DNA of 64,000 nt from an uncultured Gemmatimonadales bacterium (GCA_963739455.1 CAVUAK010000001.1:928001-992000), one strand, 5' to 3'; positions 9,802-19,560 are shown, counted from the stretch's first letter. Notes: generated from the sequence alone by a model not told the origin. Program-made: numbers and translations.

Positions 9802-10614
9802 ATGCGCAACGATCCCTTTCTTGCCCACATCCGCCTGCATCCGATCAAGTCCCTCGATGGCCTATCTGTCGCCGAGTCCCGCATCGGTCCTGCTGGAGGC
9901 CTGGAGCTGGATCGTGCCTGGGCACTCTTCGCGGACGATGGCCGTTGTATCAATGGCAAGAGTACGCCCGTGCTTCACCTCATTCGCGCCACCTTCACGC
10001 CGGACTTGAGCTCCGTCACGTTGTCGACACGCGACGATACGCGAAGCATCGCGCCCCGGGAAATCAGCTTTCCTGGAGATGCTCCCGCAGCGTCGGACTG
10101 GCTCAGCCGGTACCTCGACCGTTCCGTGACCGTGCGCTACTCCGCCGACGGCTTTCCGGACGACACGATTCGGAATGGCCCCATGGTTATCTCGACGGCG
10201 ACGCTCCGGGCCGTCGCCGACTGGTTTCCCGGCATGGACCTCGAAGAGTGTCGCCGCCGCTTTCGCGCGCCCCTCGAGATCGGGGGTGTGCCCGCCTTCT
10301 GGGAGGACCGGCTGTTCCGCGAGGACGAAAGCAACGCCGTGCCCTTCACCGTCGGCGAGGTCAGCGCAGAGGGGACCAATCCCTGCCCTCGCTGCGCCGT
10401 TCCTGCCCGCGAGTCGCTCAGCGGACACCCCGTGACCGGGTTCCAGAAGCGCTTCAGCGAGCTTCGCCATGCCCACTTGCCTGCCTGGGCCCGCGCCTCC
10501 GACCGCATTACCCACTTCTACACCCTGGGCATCAACACGCGGGTCGCGCCGAGCGAGCATGGCAAGCGCCTGCGTGTGGGTGATCCAGTTACCTGCCTCG
10601 ACGAAGTCATCTAG
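9802..10614 (+). CDS. MOSC domain-containing protein
   Basis: HPIKSLDG, DRAWAL, RRFRA, WED, CPRC, LRVGD motifs. Confidence 0.88.
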   Translation: MRNDPFLAHIRLHPIKSLDGLSVAESRIGPAGGLELDRAWALFADDGRCINGKSTPVLHLIRATFTPDLSSVTLSTRDDTRSIAPREISFPGDAPAASDWLSRYLDRSVTVRYSADGFPDDTIRNGPMVISTATLRAVADWFPGMDLEECRRRFRAPLEIGGVPAFWEDRLFREDESNAVPFTVGEVSAEGTNPCPRCAVPARESLSGHPVTGFQKRFSELRHAHLPAWARASDRITHFYTLGINTRVAPSEHGKRLRVGDPVTCLDEVI

Positions 10615-10669
10615 AGGCGCCTGGGCGCTGCGCCATGGCGCAACGCATTCGGGACGCATATCTCTAAGC

Positions 10670-10939
10670 ATGAGCCAAAACAAGAAGACCGTGCAGGCTT
10701 ACATGGATGCGTTTGGCCTCTCCGATCACCCACGGATCCTGGATTGCCTCACCGATGATGTCGAGTGGGTGATCCCTGGCGCCTTCCACCTGCATGGAAA
10801 GGTGGAGTTCGACCGGGAGATCGAGAACGAAGCTTTTGTCGGCCGGCCCGCCATTGCGGTCACGCGACTAGGCGCTCGCATCCGTCGGCTGACGTCGTAC
10901 TTGATGGAAATGCCCGAGGGCGCCACCGGACTCACATGA
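10670..10939 (+). pseudogene. SnoaL/NTF2-like gene with apparent in-frame internal deletion
   Basis: N-terminus NKKTVQAYMDAF...CLTDDVEWVIPG joins directly to the C-terminal IRRLTSY; only 89 aa. Confidence 0.6.
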
Positions 10940-10955
10940 AAGGAGTGCTGACCTG

Positions 10956-11777
10956 ATGTCCACTGCACCTGCAAACCCGAACAAGGCACTCTGGGAGAAA
11001 GGCGATTTCACCCGAATCGCCGAAACCATGCGCGAGAGCGGGGAAGCGCTCGTACGGCGGATCGGTGTTACCAGGGGGCTCAAGGTGCTGGACCTGGGCT
11101 GCGGAGACGGCACCACGGCGTTGCCGGAAGCCCAGCTCGGTGCGGACGTGCTTGGCGTTGATATCGCGCGCAACCTGGTCGAGGCCGGCAACAGGCGCGC
11201 TGCGGAACATGGGCTGGCCAACTGCACCTTCCGCGAGGGCGATGCCACCAACCTGCAACCCATACCGGATGCGTCGTTCGACCTCGTGGTCAGCATCTTC
11301 GGGGCGATGTTCGCGCCGAAGCCGCTTGACGTCGCGAAGGAAATGGTGCGGGTGACGCGGCCGGGCGGGCGGATCGTGATGGGCAACTGGATTCCCGGTG
11401 ATCCCACGCTCGTGGCGCAGATCCTGAAGATCAGTGCCGCCTACACGCCGCCACCCCCCGAGGGGTTTATCAGTCCCATGACATGGGGCATCGAGAGTAA
11501 CGTGCTCGAGCGGTTTACCGCGGCAGGGATTCCGGGGGCGAATATCTCCTTCGAGCGGGACACCTTCATCTTCAACTTCGATGGCCCACCGGCGCAGTTC
11601 GTGGCGGCGTTCAGGGACTACTACGGGCCCACCATGAATGCCTTTGCCGCCGCCGAGGCGAATGGCCGGGCCGCCGACCTGCAGAAGGAACTGGAAGCGC
11701 TGTTCGCCAGCCAGAACACAAGTGCGACCGCCACGAGCATACCAGCCACCTTCCTGCGCGTTACGGTCGCGCGCTGA
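10956..11777 (+). CDS. Class I SAM-dependent methyltransferase
   Basis: AGGAG RBS; VLDLGCGDG motif I; FDLVVSIFGAMFAP; RPGGRIV. Confidence 0.92.
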   Translation: MSTAPANPNKALWEKGDFTRIAETMRESGEALVRRIGVTRGLKVLDLGCGDGTTALPEAQLGADVLGVDIARNLVEAGNRRAAEHGLANCTFREGDATNLQPIPDASFDLVVSIFGAMFAPKPLDVAKEMVRVTRPGGRIVMGNWIPGDPTLVAQILKISAAYTPPPPEGFISPMTWGIESNVLERFTAAGIPGANISFERDTFIFNFDGPPAQFVAAFRDYYGPTMNAFAAAEANGRAADLQKELEALFASQNTSATATSIPATFLRVTVAR

Positions 11778-11794
11778 GCCCGGTCCCGGCCCGC

Positions 11795-12184
11795 CTACGG
11801 AACCACGCTGACGTTGGCGGACGCCTCATGATGGCCATTGTGGGTAGTGACCGTAATGAATACGCCCGAGCCTGCCGCTATCGCCGTCACGATGCCAGTG
11901 GCGCTGACGGCAACCACGCCGGGGTTCGTGGACTCCCAGGTGAGGGCCTGGTCGGTTGCGTTGGCTGGAGCCACCGTCGCCACCAGTTGCTTCGTTTCCC
12001 CAATGGCGACGAGGTGAACCGACTGGGGCACCAGCTTCACTCCAAGCACGGGCACGTTGCTTCCCGGCGGGTCCGGGTCGCCCGGCAGGTTTGGGTCGGG
12101 ATCGGCAGGCTGGCTCACGTAACTGCAGGCACTCGCGCTCAATACCAGCAGGACTAGCGTGGACCGTCGAACGGTGGAACGCAT
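11795..12184 (-). CDS. Ig-like (Big_2) domain lipoprotein
   Basis: Lipobox SASAC; QLVATVAPANAT..LTWESTNPGVVAVSATGIVTA. Confidence 0.85.
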   Translation of the reverse strand: MRSTVRRSTLVLLVLSASACSYVSQPADPDPNLPGDPDPPGSNVPVLGVKLVPQSVHLVAIGETKQLVATVAPANATDQALTWESTNPGVVAVSATGIVTAIAAGSGVFITVTTHNGHHEASANVSVVP

Positions 12185-12305
12185 GGTGTCACTCCGTGAG
12201 TTGGCAAGCGGGGCTCCGTCGCGCTCCACTATTGTGCGCCCTGCCGTCAATTCCGGCCATGACTGAGCGTCCCGACTTCCTGCCCCGCGATCCCAAGGAG
12301 ACCCG

Positions 12306-12782
12306 ATGCGCAAGCTTGGTCCGGCTGCGGTCGCTGCACTGTCGCTCATCCTCCTGACCAGTTGTACGTCGAAGAAGGTTCACATGGACCCCGCCAGCAT
12401 GCGGGTGTTCGCCACGCGATACACCGCGGCGTGGAGTGGACAGGACCCGGCGCGCGTGGCCGGATTCTTCGCCGAGGGTGGCTCCCTGAGTGTCAACGAC
12501 GCCGAACCAGCCGTGGGCCGGGCCGCCATCACTGAGGTGGCAAGGGGGTTCATGACCGCACTTCCCGACCTCGTGCTGGCAATGGACTCGCTCGAGGTGC
12601 ATGGCAGTCATGCGGTGTACGGGTGGACGCTCACCGGCACCAATACCGGACCGGGAGGCACCGGCAATCGGGTTCACATCTCCGGATACGAAGACTGGGC
12701 CATTGGTCCTGACGGCCTGATCGCCGAGTCGCAGGGGCATTTCGATGAGGCCGAGTACCGGCAGCAGTTGCGCGGTGAATGA
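12306..12782 (+). CDS. SnoaL-like/ester cyclase family lipoprotein
   Basis: AAGGAG RBS; lipobox LTSC; YTAAWSGQD...WTLTGTNTGPGGTG. Confidence 0.85.
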   Translation: MRKLGPAAVAALSLILLTSCTSKKVHMDPASMRVFATRYTAAWSGQDPARVAGFFAEGGSLSVNDAEPAVGRAAITEVARGFMTALPDLVLAMDSLEVHGSHAVYGWTLTGTNTGPGGTGNRVHISGYEDWAIGPDGLIAESQGHFDEAEYRQQLRGE

Positions 12783-12984
12783 GCCTCGCCCGGAATACCA
12801 TCTTCACGATGACTTCTCCCTCACCCCTGCGTATGTGCTGGGCTACGCCTTTCACGCTTTGGGAAGGGTCGACCAGGACACTCCGGCGCATGGTCGTCGT
12901 GGCGCCGTAGCGCGGTTGACTGAGCTGCTCACGACCAATAGTCGCCGAGCGACCGAGGGACACCGGCTAGTCACTGCGGCCGCC

Positions 12985-13480
12985 TCACACCGTCAGGGTG
13001 GCGAGCAGCTCGGCGAGACGGTCGAACGTCTCCGCGGCACCACTCTTCATGTCCGATTGCAGCAGCCCGTCTCGCGCTTCCTTCGACGGGAAGAGCATGT
13101 TCTCCACCAGTGTCGTCACTCCCGCCTTCTCGGTGAACACGTCGGTTACCAGCCCCGGGATGTTCCCGCGCCCCCTCCACGTCGTACACGAGCGTGTAGA
13201 CCAGGCGCTCCGGCGGCGTGATCTCCCTGTAGATCCCCGTGAACGGATTCTCGTGACCCCTGGGCCCGCGCGTGACATAGCGCCAGGCACCGCCGGGCCG
13301 GAGGTCGACGTCACACACCGTGAGCGTCGAGCCACGGAGCCCCCACCAGCGCTTCAGGTGCTCCGGCTTCACGAACATCTCGAACACCAGGCTGCGCGGC
13401 GCCTCGAAGTCGCGCGTGAGGACGATTTCCCGGTCCGAGGGAACCGACATCGTCATGGCGCCAATGGTCTCGATCATCAT
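12985..13480 (-). CDS. SRPBCC/AHSA1 family protein (1-bp frameshift near 13155)
   Basis: DREIVLTRDFEAPRSLVF...DLRPGGAWRY continues in another frame as TTLVENMLFPSKEARD...FDRLAELL. Confidence 0.85.
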
Positions 13481-13818
13481 GTTCCCTTTTTCCTCCCCTG
13501 AAGGTCCTTGAGGTACTCGTCGAGGCGTTCGAAGCTCTCCGACCGGAATTGCGCGAAGCTCGTGACCCAGTCGTGAATCGGCTGGAGTCCATCACCGTTG
13601 AGGGCATAGAGCCGCTGCTGGCCCGCGCCGCGCACCGTCACCAGGCCCACTTCCTTGAGGACTCGCAGGTGCTTCGACGCCTGCGGCTGGTGGACCTTGA
13701 GTGACCGCGCGAGCTCGTTCACAGACCGCTCCCGCTTCTGCAGCAGGGTCAGGATCTGGCGCCGCCGGGGTTCGGCGACGGCGTTGAAGACGTCCGAAGT
13801 GGTCGCTGCTCTTGCCAT
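13477..13818 (-). CDS. ArsR/SmtB family regulator
   Basis: DVFNAVAEPRRRQIL...QPQASKHLRVL.EVGLV. Confidence 0.92.
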   Translation of the reverse strand: MARAATTSDVFNAVAEPRRRQILTLLQKRERSVNELARSLKVHQPQASKHLRVLKEVGLVTVRGAGQQRLYALNGDGLQPIHDWVTSFAQFRSESFERLDEYLKDLQGRKKGT

Positions 13819-13824
13819 GGCTCC

Positions 13825-13852
13825 AGTATATGCCCATATCGGAATATGTCAA
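13825..13852 (-). promoter_or_regulatory. Sigma70 promoter TTGACA-16-TATACT (leaderless) with imperfect palindromic operator 13828-13847
   Basis: ATATGCCC-ATAT-CGGAATAT lies between -35 and -10; ATG 6 nt after the -10. Confidence 0.7.
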
Positions 13853-13873
13853 GCGGGACGTTAGCGTGAGGTC

Positions 13874-14329
13874 ATGACCATCCTCATCCGGCCGGTCGCG
13901 GCCGCCGACTTTCCCCAGTGGCTCCCGCTCTGGGGCGGGTACAATGCCTTCTATGGTCGATCGGGCCCGACGGCGCTGCCACGCGATGTCACTGACGTGA
14001 CCTGGGCGCGGTTCCTCGACCCGGCCGAACCGATGCATGCGCTCGTCGCGGAGCGCGCGGGCGTGCTCCTCGGGCTGGCGCACTACCTGTTTCACCGCAA
14101 CACGATCCAGGTGCCGCCCACCTGCTACATGCAGGACCTCTTCACGGCGGAAGCGGCGAGGGGGAGGGGAGTTGGTCGCGCGCTGATCGAGGAAGTGGCG
14201 CGTGCGGCGGGCGCCGCCGGATCACCACGCATCTACTGGCAGACGCACGAGACGAACACCGTCGCGATGAAGCTTTATGACAGCGTAGCGGAGAAGTCGG
14301 GCTTCCTGGTGTACCGGAAATCCACCTAG
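13874..14329 (+). CDS. GNAT family N-acetyltransferase
   Basis: CYMQDLFT..AARGRGVGRALI; IYWQTHETN..A.KLY. Confidence 0.92.
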   Translation: MTILIRPVAAADFPQWLPLWGGYNAFYGRSGPTALPRDVTDVTWARFLDPAEPMHALVAERAGVLLGLAHYLFHRNTIQVPPTCYMQDLFTAEAARGRGVGRALIEEVARAAGAAGSPRIYWQTHETNTVAMKLYDSVAEKSGFLVYRKST

Positions 14330-15081
14330 TAGAGCCAGGGAATCACGGACTTCCGCTCGCGCGGGTAGCCGGGGAACTGCTCCAGGTACCAGCGATGATG
14401 AGAGCGGGCCCTCGGCACCAGGTTCGCCGCCGACCAGAGGAAGAAGACGAGACCGGCCGGTGACCAGGTGAGCATCGCCCAGCCGAGCCACTCGACGAGT
14501 TCGCCGAGGTAGTTGGGGCAGGAGACCAGCCCGTAGCCGCCCCCATGGGGAATCTTGTAGCCGCGCTCGCCCGGGGCTCGGAGGCGGCGAAGAATGATGT
14601 CTGACTGCTGGTTGAGCGCGTACCCGCCGAGGAACAGGAGCACTCCCATGATGAACCTCGGATCGGTGAACCACTCGACTCCGCGCGCCGGACCCAGGGT
14701 GAAGATGCCGCGTCCCTGCAGGTATCCGTTCATCACGTTGAAGAGGAACGCCATCGCCACTACGCTCAGGGGCATGCGCAGCTGGCCACCCCGGAGCCGG
14801 AACGGATAGATGAATGCCCGGTAGACGTAGTGGAGGAGCCAGAGCAGGAGGAAGACCATCGCCACCGGGTCGCGGCGGCCCGACACCACGAAGCAGGCGA
14901 CGAATACGATCACCGCGGGCGACTCCATGATGACCCAGCCGGCAGTGCGATGAATGGTGGGTCCCCAGCCGGGCCGCGCATGTCGCCCGTATGGTGCCGT
15001 GAGGAACTGGAGCGCAATAAACACGCAGACGGCGACACCGGCCCACGCCATCAGCAGCCAGGAATAGACCTCACGCTCCAT
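14326..15081 (-). CDS. Steroid 5-alpha-reductase (3-oxo-5-alpha-steroid 4-dehydrogenase) family protein
   Basis: APYGRH, GWVIMESP, HYVYRAFIYP, YKIPHGG, VSCPNYLGELVEWLG, NLVPRA.SHHRWY. Confidence 0.88.
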   Translation of the reverse strand: MEREVYSWLLMAWAGVAVCVFIALQFLTAPYGRHARPGWGPTIHRTAGWVIMESPAVIVFVACFVVSGRRDPVAMVFLLLWLLHYVYRAFIYPFRLRGGQLRMPLSVVAMAFLFNVMNGYLQGRGIFTLGPARGVEWFTDPRFIMGVLLFLGGYALNQQSDIILRRLRAPGERGYKIPHGGGYGLVSCPNYLGELVEWLGWAMLTWSPAGLVFFLWSAANLVPRARSHHRWYLEQFPGYPRERKSVIPWLY

Positions 15082-15159
15082 CAGTCCGGCCTCGAAGGGA
15101 GAGAGCACAATGTACCGTCATCTCAGCCCGCGGTTCATTCCGAAGGACCTCGACTAGCC

Positions 15160-15600
15160 ATGCAGCGCAGCGTCCATGACCGTATCCACCTCATCACGCA
15201 GCTCTCCGAGCTGCACCACACCGTCTATATCGAGTTCTACCCCGGCCCCTATCGCGACAAGTGCTGGTGCACCGACTCGGTGTTCCTCACCGAGGAAGCG
15301 TTCGCCTTCGTGGAGCCGATCTTCCGGCGGCACACGCCGCAGTACGACTACTACTCCTTCATGGAACTCCCGCGCATCAGTGGCGCCCAGGTCGTCGCCG
15401 AGCTGACGGGCCTCGTGCGGGCCATTCGGGGCGAGCCCCTGGTAGCGCCGCTCACGCCCAGTGCCGCCGAGGCGTTCGAGCGCATCGGCGCCGGCACCAG
15501 CGAGGAGCATCTCACGGTGGCAAGCCTGGCGGATCGGCTGGCGGACTGGCTGGAACGGGAGTATGCCGACGCCGAGGTTGTGTCCGTCCTCGGCCTCTAG
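15160..15600 (+). CDS. Hypothetical protein
   Basis: Good codon bias, ends VSVLGL; no family recognised. Confidence 0.7.
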   Translation: MQRSVHDRIHLITQLSELHHTVYIEFYPGPYRDKCWCTDSVFLTEEAFAFVEPIFRRHTPQYDYYSFMELPRISGAQVVAELTGLVRAIRGEPLVAPLTPSAAEAFERIGAGTSEEHLTVASLADRLADWLEREYADAEVVSVLGL

Positions 15601-15612
15601 CAGGGAAGGAGG

Positions 15613-16332
15613 TCAGCGCGCGGCGCGCCGCTTCACTGATGCACTCGTAATTTCCCGCAGGGCATGCTTTCCCACCCACTTCGCTGATGCGTCTGTGGAC
15701 AGCGCCAGGCGGCTGGCGGTCTTCGCCGCCGCGGCATTGAGTGCAGCGTTGCGCTTCCCGATGGCCCGGAGCGCCATGTTCACCGCCTTCATGACGAAGT
15801 TCCGGTCATCCACGGCCGCCTGCTCGATGAGCGCCAGGCCGCGGATGAACTGCTTGTCCGTCGCCGCCTTGTCGTGCACCGAGAGGCTCCAGAGCAGGGC
15901 GAACGCCGTGCGCTTGATGAACTCCTCCCGGCGACCTGCCCACTGCTCCACCTTGGTCCACGCATGCGGGGTCCGGTCCCACAGCGCGAATGCCAGCGTG
16001 TCGCAAATGGCCCAGTTGTCGAACTGGCGGCTCCAGCGATCCATCTGCGCTGACGTGACCCGCTCCGGCTCATCCACATAGGCGGTCAGCATGCGCGCCT
16101 CATACCAGCCGGTTTCCCAGAGTGCGGCGGCAAGAGCGTGGTCCCGCCCCAGTTGCTTCGCCAGCACCTGGATGTTCTTCATCGACACGCCAAAGGCCTT
16201 GTCGGACGGGACGTTGTAACGGGCCATCCCGTCGCGCGTCGCCTTGGTCGCATGGCTCCGGAGCCACGCGATCGCGTCATCCACCCGCTCCTTGAGCGGT
16301 CGCGCAACTTCCGGGGCCTGCTTAGGTGCCAT
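15613..16332 (-). CDS. DNA alkylation repair protein (AlkD-like HEAT fold)
   Basis: LAAALWETGWYEARMLT...FDNWAICD...DDRNFVMKAVNMALRAIGKRN. Confidence 0.88.
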   Translation of the reverse strand: MAPKQAPEVARPLKERVDDAIAWLRSHATKATRDGMARYNVPSDKAFGVSMKNIQVLAKQLGRDHALAAALWETGWYEARMLTAYVDEPERVTSAQMDRWSRQFDNWAICDTLAFALWDRTPHAWTKVEQWAGRREEFIKRTAFALLWSLSVHDKAATDKQFIRGLALIEQAAVDDRNFVMKAVNMALRAIGKRNAALNAAAAKTASRLALSTDASAKWVGKHALREITSASVKRRAAR

Positions 16333-16334
16333 CC

Positions 16335-16793
16335 TCAAGCCTCATCGTATGCCTTCTGCAATGCCGCCATGTCGATCTTGCTCATCGTGAGCATCGCGCT
16401 CATGGCGGCCTGTGCCTTCTTCGGGTCCTTGTCGCCGAGCAGCCGCGGGAGCAGCGACGGCACGACCTGCCAGGAGATGCCGTACTTGTCCCGGAGCCAG
16501 CCGCATCGATCCTGTACCCCGTTCTCACTCAGCTTGCTCCAGAACTCGTCCACCTCGGCCTGGGTCTCGCAGGTGATGAAGAACGAGATCGCCGGGGTGA
16601 ACTGGAACATGGGGCCACCGTTGAGCGCGAAGAAGTCCTCGCCGTCCAGGTTGAAGGTAGTGGAGAACACCGGCCCATCCTTGCCCTGCCGGTTGACGCT
16701 CAGGACCTTCGAGTTCTTGAAGATGCCGACATAGAAGTTCATGGCCTCTTCGGCCTTGCCGTCGAACCAGAGGAACGGGGTGATCTTCTGCAT
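16335..16793 (-). CDS. VOC/PhnB-like (3-demethylubiquinone-9 3-methyltransferase family) protein
   Basis: QKITPFLWFD, ALNGGP.F.FTPAIS, CGWLRDKYGISWQVVP. Confidence 0.92.
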   Translation of the reverse strand: MQKITPFLWFDGKAEEAMNFYVGIFKNSKVLSVNRQGKDGPVFSTTFNLDGEDFFALNGGPMFQFTPAISFFITCETQAEVDEFWSKLSENGVQDRCGWLRDKYGISWQVVPSLLPRLLGDKDPKKAQAAMSAMLTMSKIDMAALQKAYDEA

Positions 16794-16909
16794 GATCGTG
16801 ATCCTTTCTCAGCTCGTCGCGTGTCGTGCGCGATAGATGGCGCCCGCCGGCCATGCGCATGGCAGGGCGGTGGCGGCGATGGCAATTGGATCGTACGGTT
16901 CGGCGGCGC

Positions 16910-17413
16910 TCACGCGGTGCCTCCGGCCGGAAGCGTCGCCATGAACTCCTCGAGCCGGTCGTAGCCCATCGCCATGCCTTCCTTCATTCCCGACTTCAGC
17001 ACCAAGTCACGCGCCTCGCGCGAGGCATAGCGCATTGTGTTGTCCACCGTGGTCCGGCCATTCCGTTCGATGAACACCGCCGTGCCGATCGCCTCGCCCC
17101 CTGTCCAGTCATGGTCGAAGATCTGCGCATCGACGATCCGCTCGCGCGGAACGATCTCGCGATACACCCCCGTCATCCCCATCTCCTCGCCGTCCGCGTT
17201 CTTCTTCCAGACATAGCGATAGCTGCCGCCCACCCTCAGGTCGATATCACAGACGAGGAACGACCATCCGTCGGGCCCGAAGAGCCAGCGGCGGACGAGT
17301 TCCGGCCTGGTGAAGCAGTCCCACACCAGGTGCTTCGGGGCGTCGAACTCGCGGACCAGCCTGACCTCGCGATCGCCCACGGTGGTGACCTGCAGCGTTC
17401 CGGTGAAGCTCAT
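16910..17413 (-). CDS. SRPBCC/AHSA1 family protein
   Basis: DREVRLVREFDAP...DLRVGGSYRYVW...GMAMGYDRLEE. Confidence 0.9.
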   Translation of the reverse strand: MSFTGTLQVTTVGDREVRLVREFDAPKHLVWDCFTRPELVRRWLFGPDGWSFLVCDIDLRVGGSYRYVWKKNADGEEMGMTGVYREIVPRERIVDAQIFDHDWTGGEAIGTAVFIERNGRTTVDNTMRYASREARDLVLKSGMKEGMAMGYDRLEEFMATLPAGGTA

Positions 17414-17423
17414 GTCCGTTCTC

Positions 17424-17777
17424 CTATCGCTTGGGGCGTCCGTGCTTCTTCTCTGCTGCCTTGAGTTCGTCGAGCAGGGTATCCAGGTGCTGAAACGATC
17501 CTTCCCAGAACCTGCGATACCGTTCGAGCCACACCGTCGCTTCAGCCAGCGGCTTAGGTTCGAGTTTCCGCGGTCGCCGCTGCGCGTCCTGACTCCGGGA
17601 AATGAGCCCCGCGCGTTCGAGCACCTTGAGGTGCTTCGAGATCGCTGGCTGGCTCATCGCAAACGGCTCGGCGAGCTCATTGACCGACGCCTCACCCGAT
17701 GCGAGCCGGGCAATGATCGCCCGTCGGGTGGGATCGGCCAGTGCGGCGAACGTGGCGTCGAGCCTGGCGGCGGTCAT
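17424..17777 (-). CDS. ArsR/SmtB family regulator
   Basis: LDATFAALADPTRRAII...MSQPAISKHLKVLERAGLI. Confidence 0.92.
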   Translation of the reverse strand: MTAARLDATFAALADPTRRAIIARLASGEASVNELAEPFAMSQPAISKHLKVLERAGLISRSQDAQRRPRKLEPKPLAEATVWLERYRRFWEGSFQHLDTLLDELKAAEKKHGRPKR

Positions 17778-17796
17778 CCGGCCAGCGGCTGAGTGC

Positions 17797-17812
17797 ATAA
17801 CCATATGGTTAT
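17797..17812. promoter_or_regulatory. Perfect 16-bp palindrome ATAACCATATGGTTAT, putative ArsR operator
   Basis: AT-rich perfect inverted repeat about 20 nt upstream of the ArsR start, adjacent to TTGACG-17-TATATA on the - strand. Confidence 0.75.
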
Positions 17813-17864
17813 ATACAGTGTGTGGCCCGGCGCGTCAAGCTGCGAGGACGCTTAGACTGAGAGG

Positions 17865-18179
17865 ATGAAGCTCATCATGCCGGCTCTCTTCGGCTCCCTA
17901 CTGGTTGCCGCCCTGCTGGCCCCGCCGTGGCGCATGACCTGGATCGCGGATGGCGAAGCGCCCGCGAGTCTTGCCCGCCCCACGACCTGGGACGGCTTTC
18001 ACCGCTGGAGCTATCGTGGAGACCACCCGACCAGCGTCACCGCATGGGACGGCCCGAACGGCGGCGGCAAGGTCACCTTCACCGGGCACCCGAAGACGGA
18101 CCTCGGCACATGGTCCGTCCTCATCGGGTGCGCCGCCGCGGGCCTCTATTTCACGACCCGCGGGAAGCTGAAGCGCTGA
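17865..18179 (+). CDS. Hypothetical small membrane protein
   Basis: Hydrophobic N- and C-termini; TAGACT 6 nt before ATG. Confidence 0.65.
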   Translation: MKLIMPALFGSLLVAALLAPPWRMTWIADGEAPASLARPTTWDGFHRWSYRGDHPTSVTAWDGPNGGGKVTFTGHPKTDLGTWSVLIGCAAAGLYFTTRGKLKR

Positions 18180-18182
18180 CGT

Positions 18183-18880
18183 TCAGGCCGGCTGCGGCAG
18201 GTAGCTGCCGGAAGAGAGGCCTGCCTTCACCTGCCTGGTCACGTCGTCGCCGAGCACCTCATCTGCACCCGCCTCCAGGCCATCGAGTGCCTGGATGACG
18301 ATTTCCTCGGCGGTCGCCTTGGGCGCATCGAGCCCTCGCACGAGGTCGGTGTCGACGAAACCCATGTGCAACGCGAGCACCTGGGTGTTCTGGCCCTGAA
18401 GTTCATGCCGCAATGAATTGGTGAGCGACCAGGCGGCCGACTTGCTGGCGAGTAGGCCGCGAGGAAGCCGTTGTTGACCCAGGTCACGATGGACAGGACG
18501 TTGATGATTCCGCCACCACCATTGGCCGCGAGGATTGGGGCGAATGCCTTGCTCATCCTCAGGACGCCGAAATAGTTGGTCTCGAGCTGGCGGCGGGCGA
18601 CCTCTTCGCTGTCCGTCGCCAGGAATCCGCCAACTTGTCCAACCCCGGCATTGTTGATCACCAGCGTGACGTCCCCGAGTCGGGCGGCGGCAGCGGCAAT
18701 CTGTTCCGGCCTGGTGACATCGAGTTGAATCGCTTCCACGCCGGGCTGGGTGACGCTCTTCGGATCGCGCGCCCCGGCGTAGACCTTCCGGGCGCCCCGT
18801 GCGAGCAGCTCGCGGGTAAAGGCGAGGCCGATGCCACGATTGGCACCGGTGACGAGAACAGTTGCGCCGTGGATCTTCAT
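18183..18880 (-). CDS. SDR family oxidoreductase (frameshift near 18445)
   Basis: TGANRGIG, NNAG; the YxxSK motif is split by the shift; continues HMGFVDTD. Confidence 0.88.
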
Positions 18881-18904
18881 GAGAGGCTCCTTGAGGTTAC
18901 GTGT

Positions 18905-18924
18905 AATATGACAAGCATCATATT
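18905..18924. promoter_or_regulatory. Putative TetR operator, copy 1 (AATATGA-N6-TCATATT)
   Basis: Palindrome upstream of SDR; 18/19 identical to the box at 19561. Confidence 0.8.
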
Positions 18925-18961
18925 CATGAACGCAGCAACGTTGCGTCGTCGTGGGTCGGGC

Positions 18962-19546
18962 TCAGGCCGTTGACCGGTCGTGCGCCTGGAGGAGCGAGCT
19001 GCGCGCCGAGGCCAGCAGGCTGCGGCCCTCGGCGTTGTTCCCCAGCGTGCGACCGAGCTGGAGTGTGCCGACCAGCGTGGCCGCGATCATCGTGGCGGTG
19101 GCCCCGGAGGCCGACGGCAGCGTGCCATGCACCGCCGCGATCAGTTGCTGCACGCCCCTCGCCGACGCCTTGCGTACGTTCCGCGATTGCCGCGGCATGT
19201 CGCAGCCGAGCGCCGCAATGGGACAGCCGATCTCGAGCCTGTCCAGGTGCTCGTCGGCGAGATAGGTCTCCACCAGCGCCCGGAAGGGCGTGACGCCCGG
19301 CTTGGCGGCCTGGATCGCCCGCAATACCACCGCCTGGCTTTCCCGGCCGGCCTGTTCGAGCGCCTCGACCAGCATGGCATCGCGCGAGCCGAAGTGCGCG
19401 TAGAAGCCGCCATGGGTCAGGCCGGCGTCCTTCATCACCGCTGCGACGCCGGTGCCGGCATAGCCGTGCCGCCGCAGTGCCCGCGCCGCAACATCCACGA
19501 TCCGGTCGTGGGTCTCTTCCTTCTTGGTGTGCGACGCGCGAGCCAT
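18962..19546 (-). CDS. TetR/AcrR family regulator
   Basis: RIVDVAARALRRHG...VMKDAGLTHGGFYAHFGSRD. Confidence 0.92.
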   Translation of the reverse strand: MARASHTKKEETHDRIVDVAARALRRHGYAGTGVAAVMKDAGLTHGGFYAHFGSRDAMLVEALEQAGRESQAVVLRAIQAAKPGVTPFRALVETYLADEHLDRLEIGCPIAALGCDMPRQSRNVRKASARGVQQLIAAVHGTLPSASGATATMIAATLVGTLQLGRTLGNNAEGRSLLASARSSLLQAHDRSTA

Positions 19547-19560
19547 GCGATCCCCCTGTT

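Noticed and set aside
13860..13867. GTTAGCG as an integron cassette core site before the GNAT
   Set aside because: No matching RYYYAAC/attC stem after the gene; better explained as a TAGCGT -10 box 6 nt before ATG.
10629..16863. 14-bp palindromes TGCGCCATGGCGCA (10629-10642) and GCCATGCGCATGGC (16850-16863) as a REP family
   Set aside because: The two sequences differ, each is single-copy, and GC-rich palindromes arise readily by chance.
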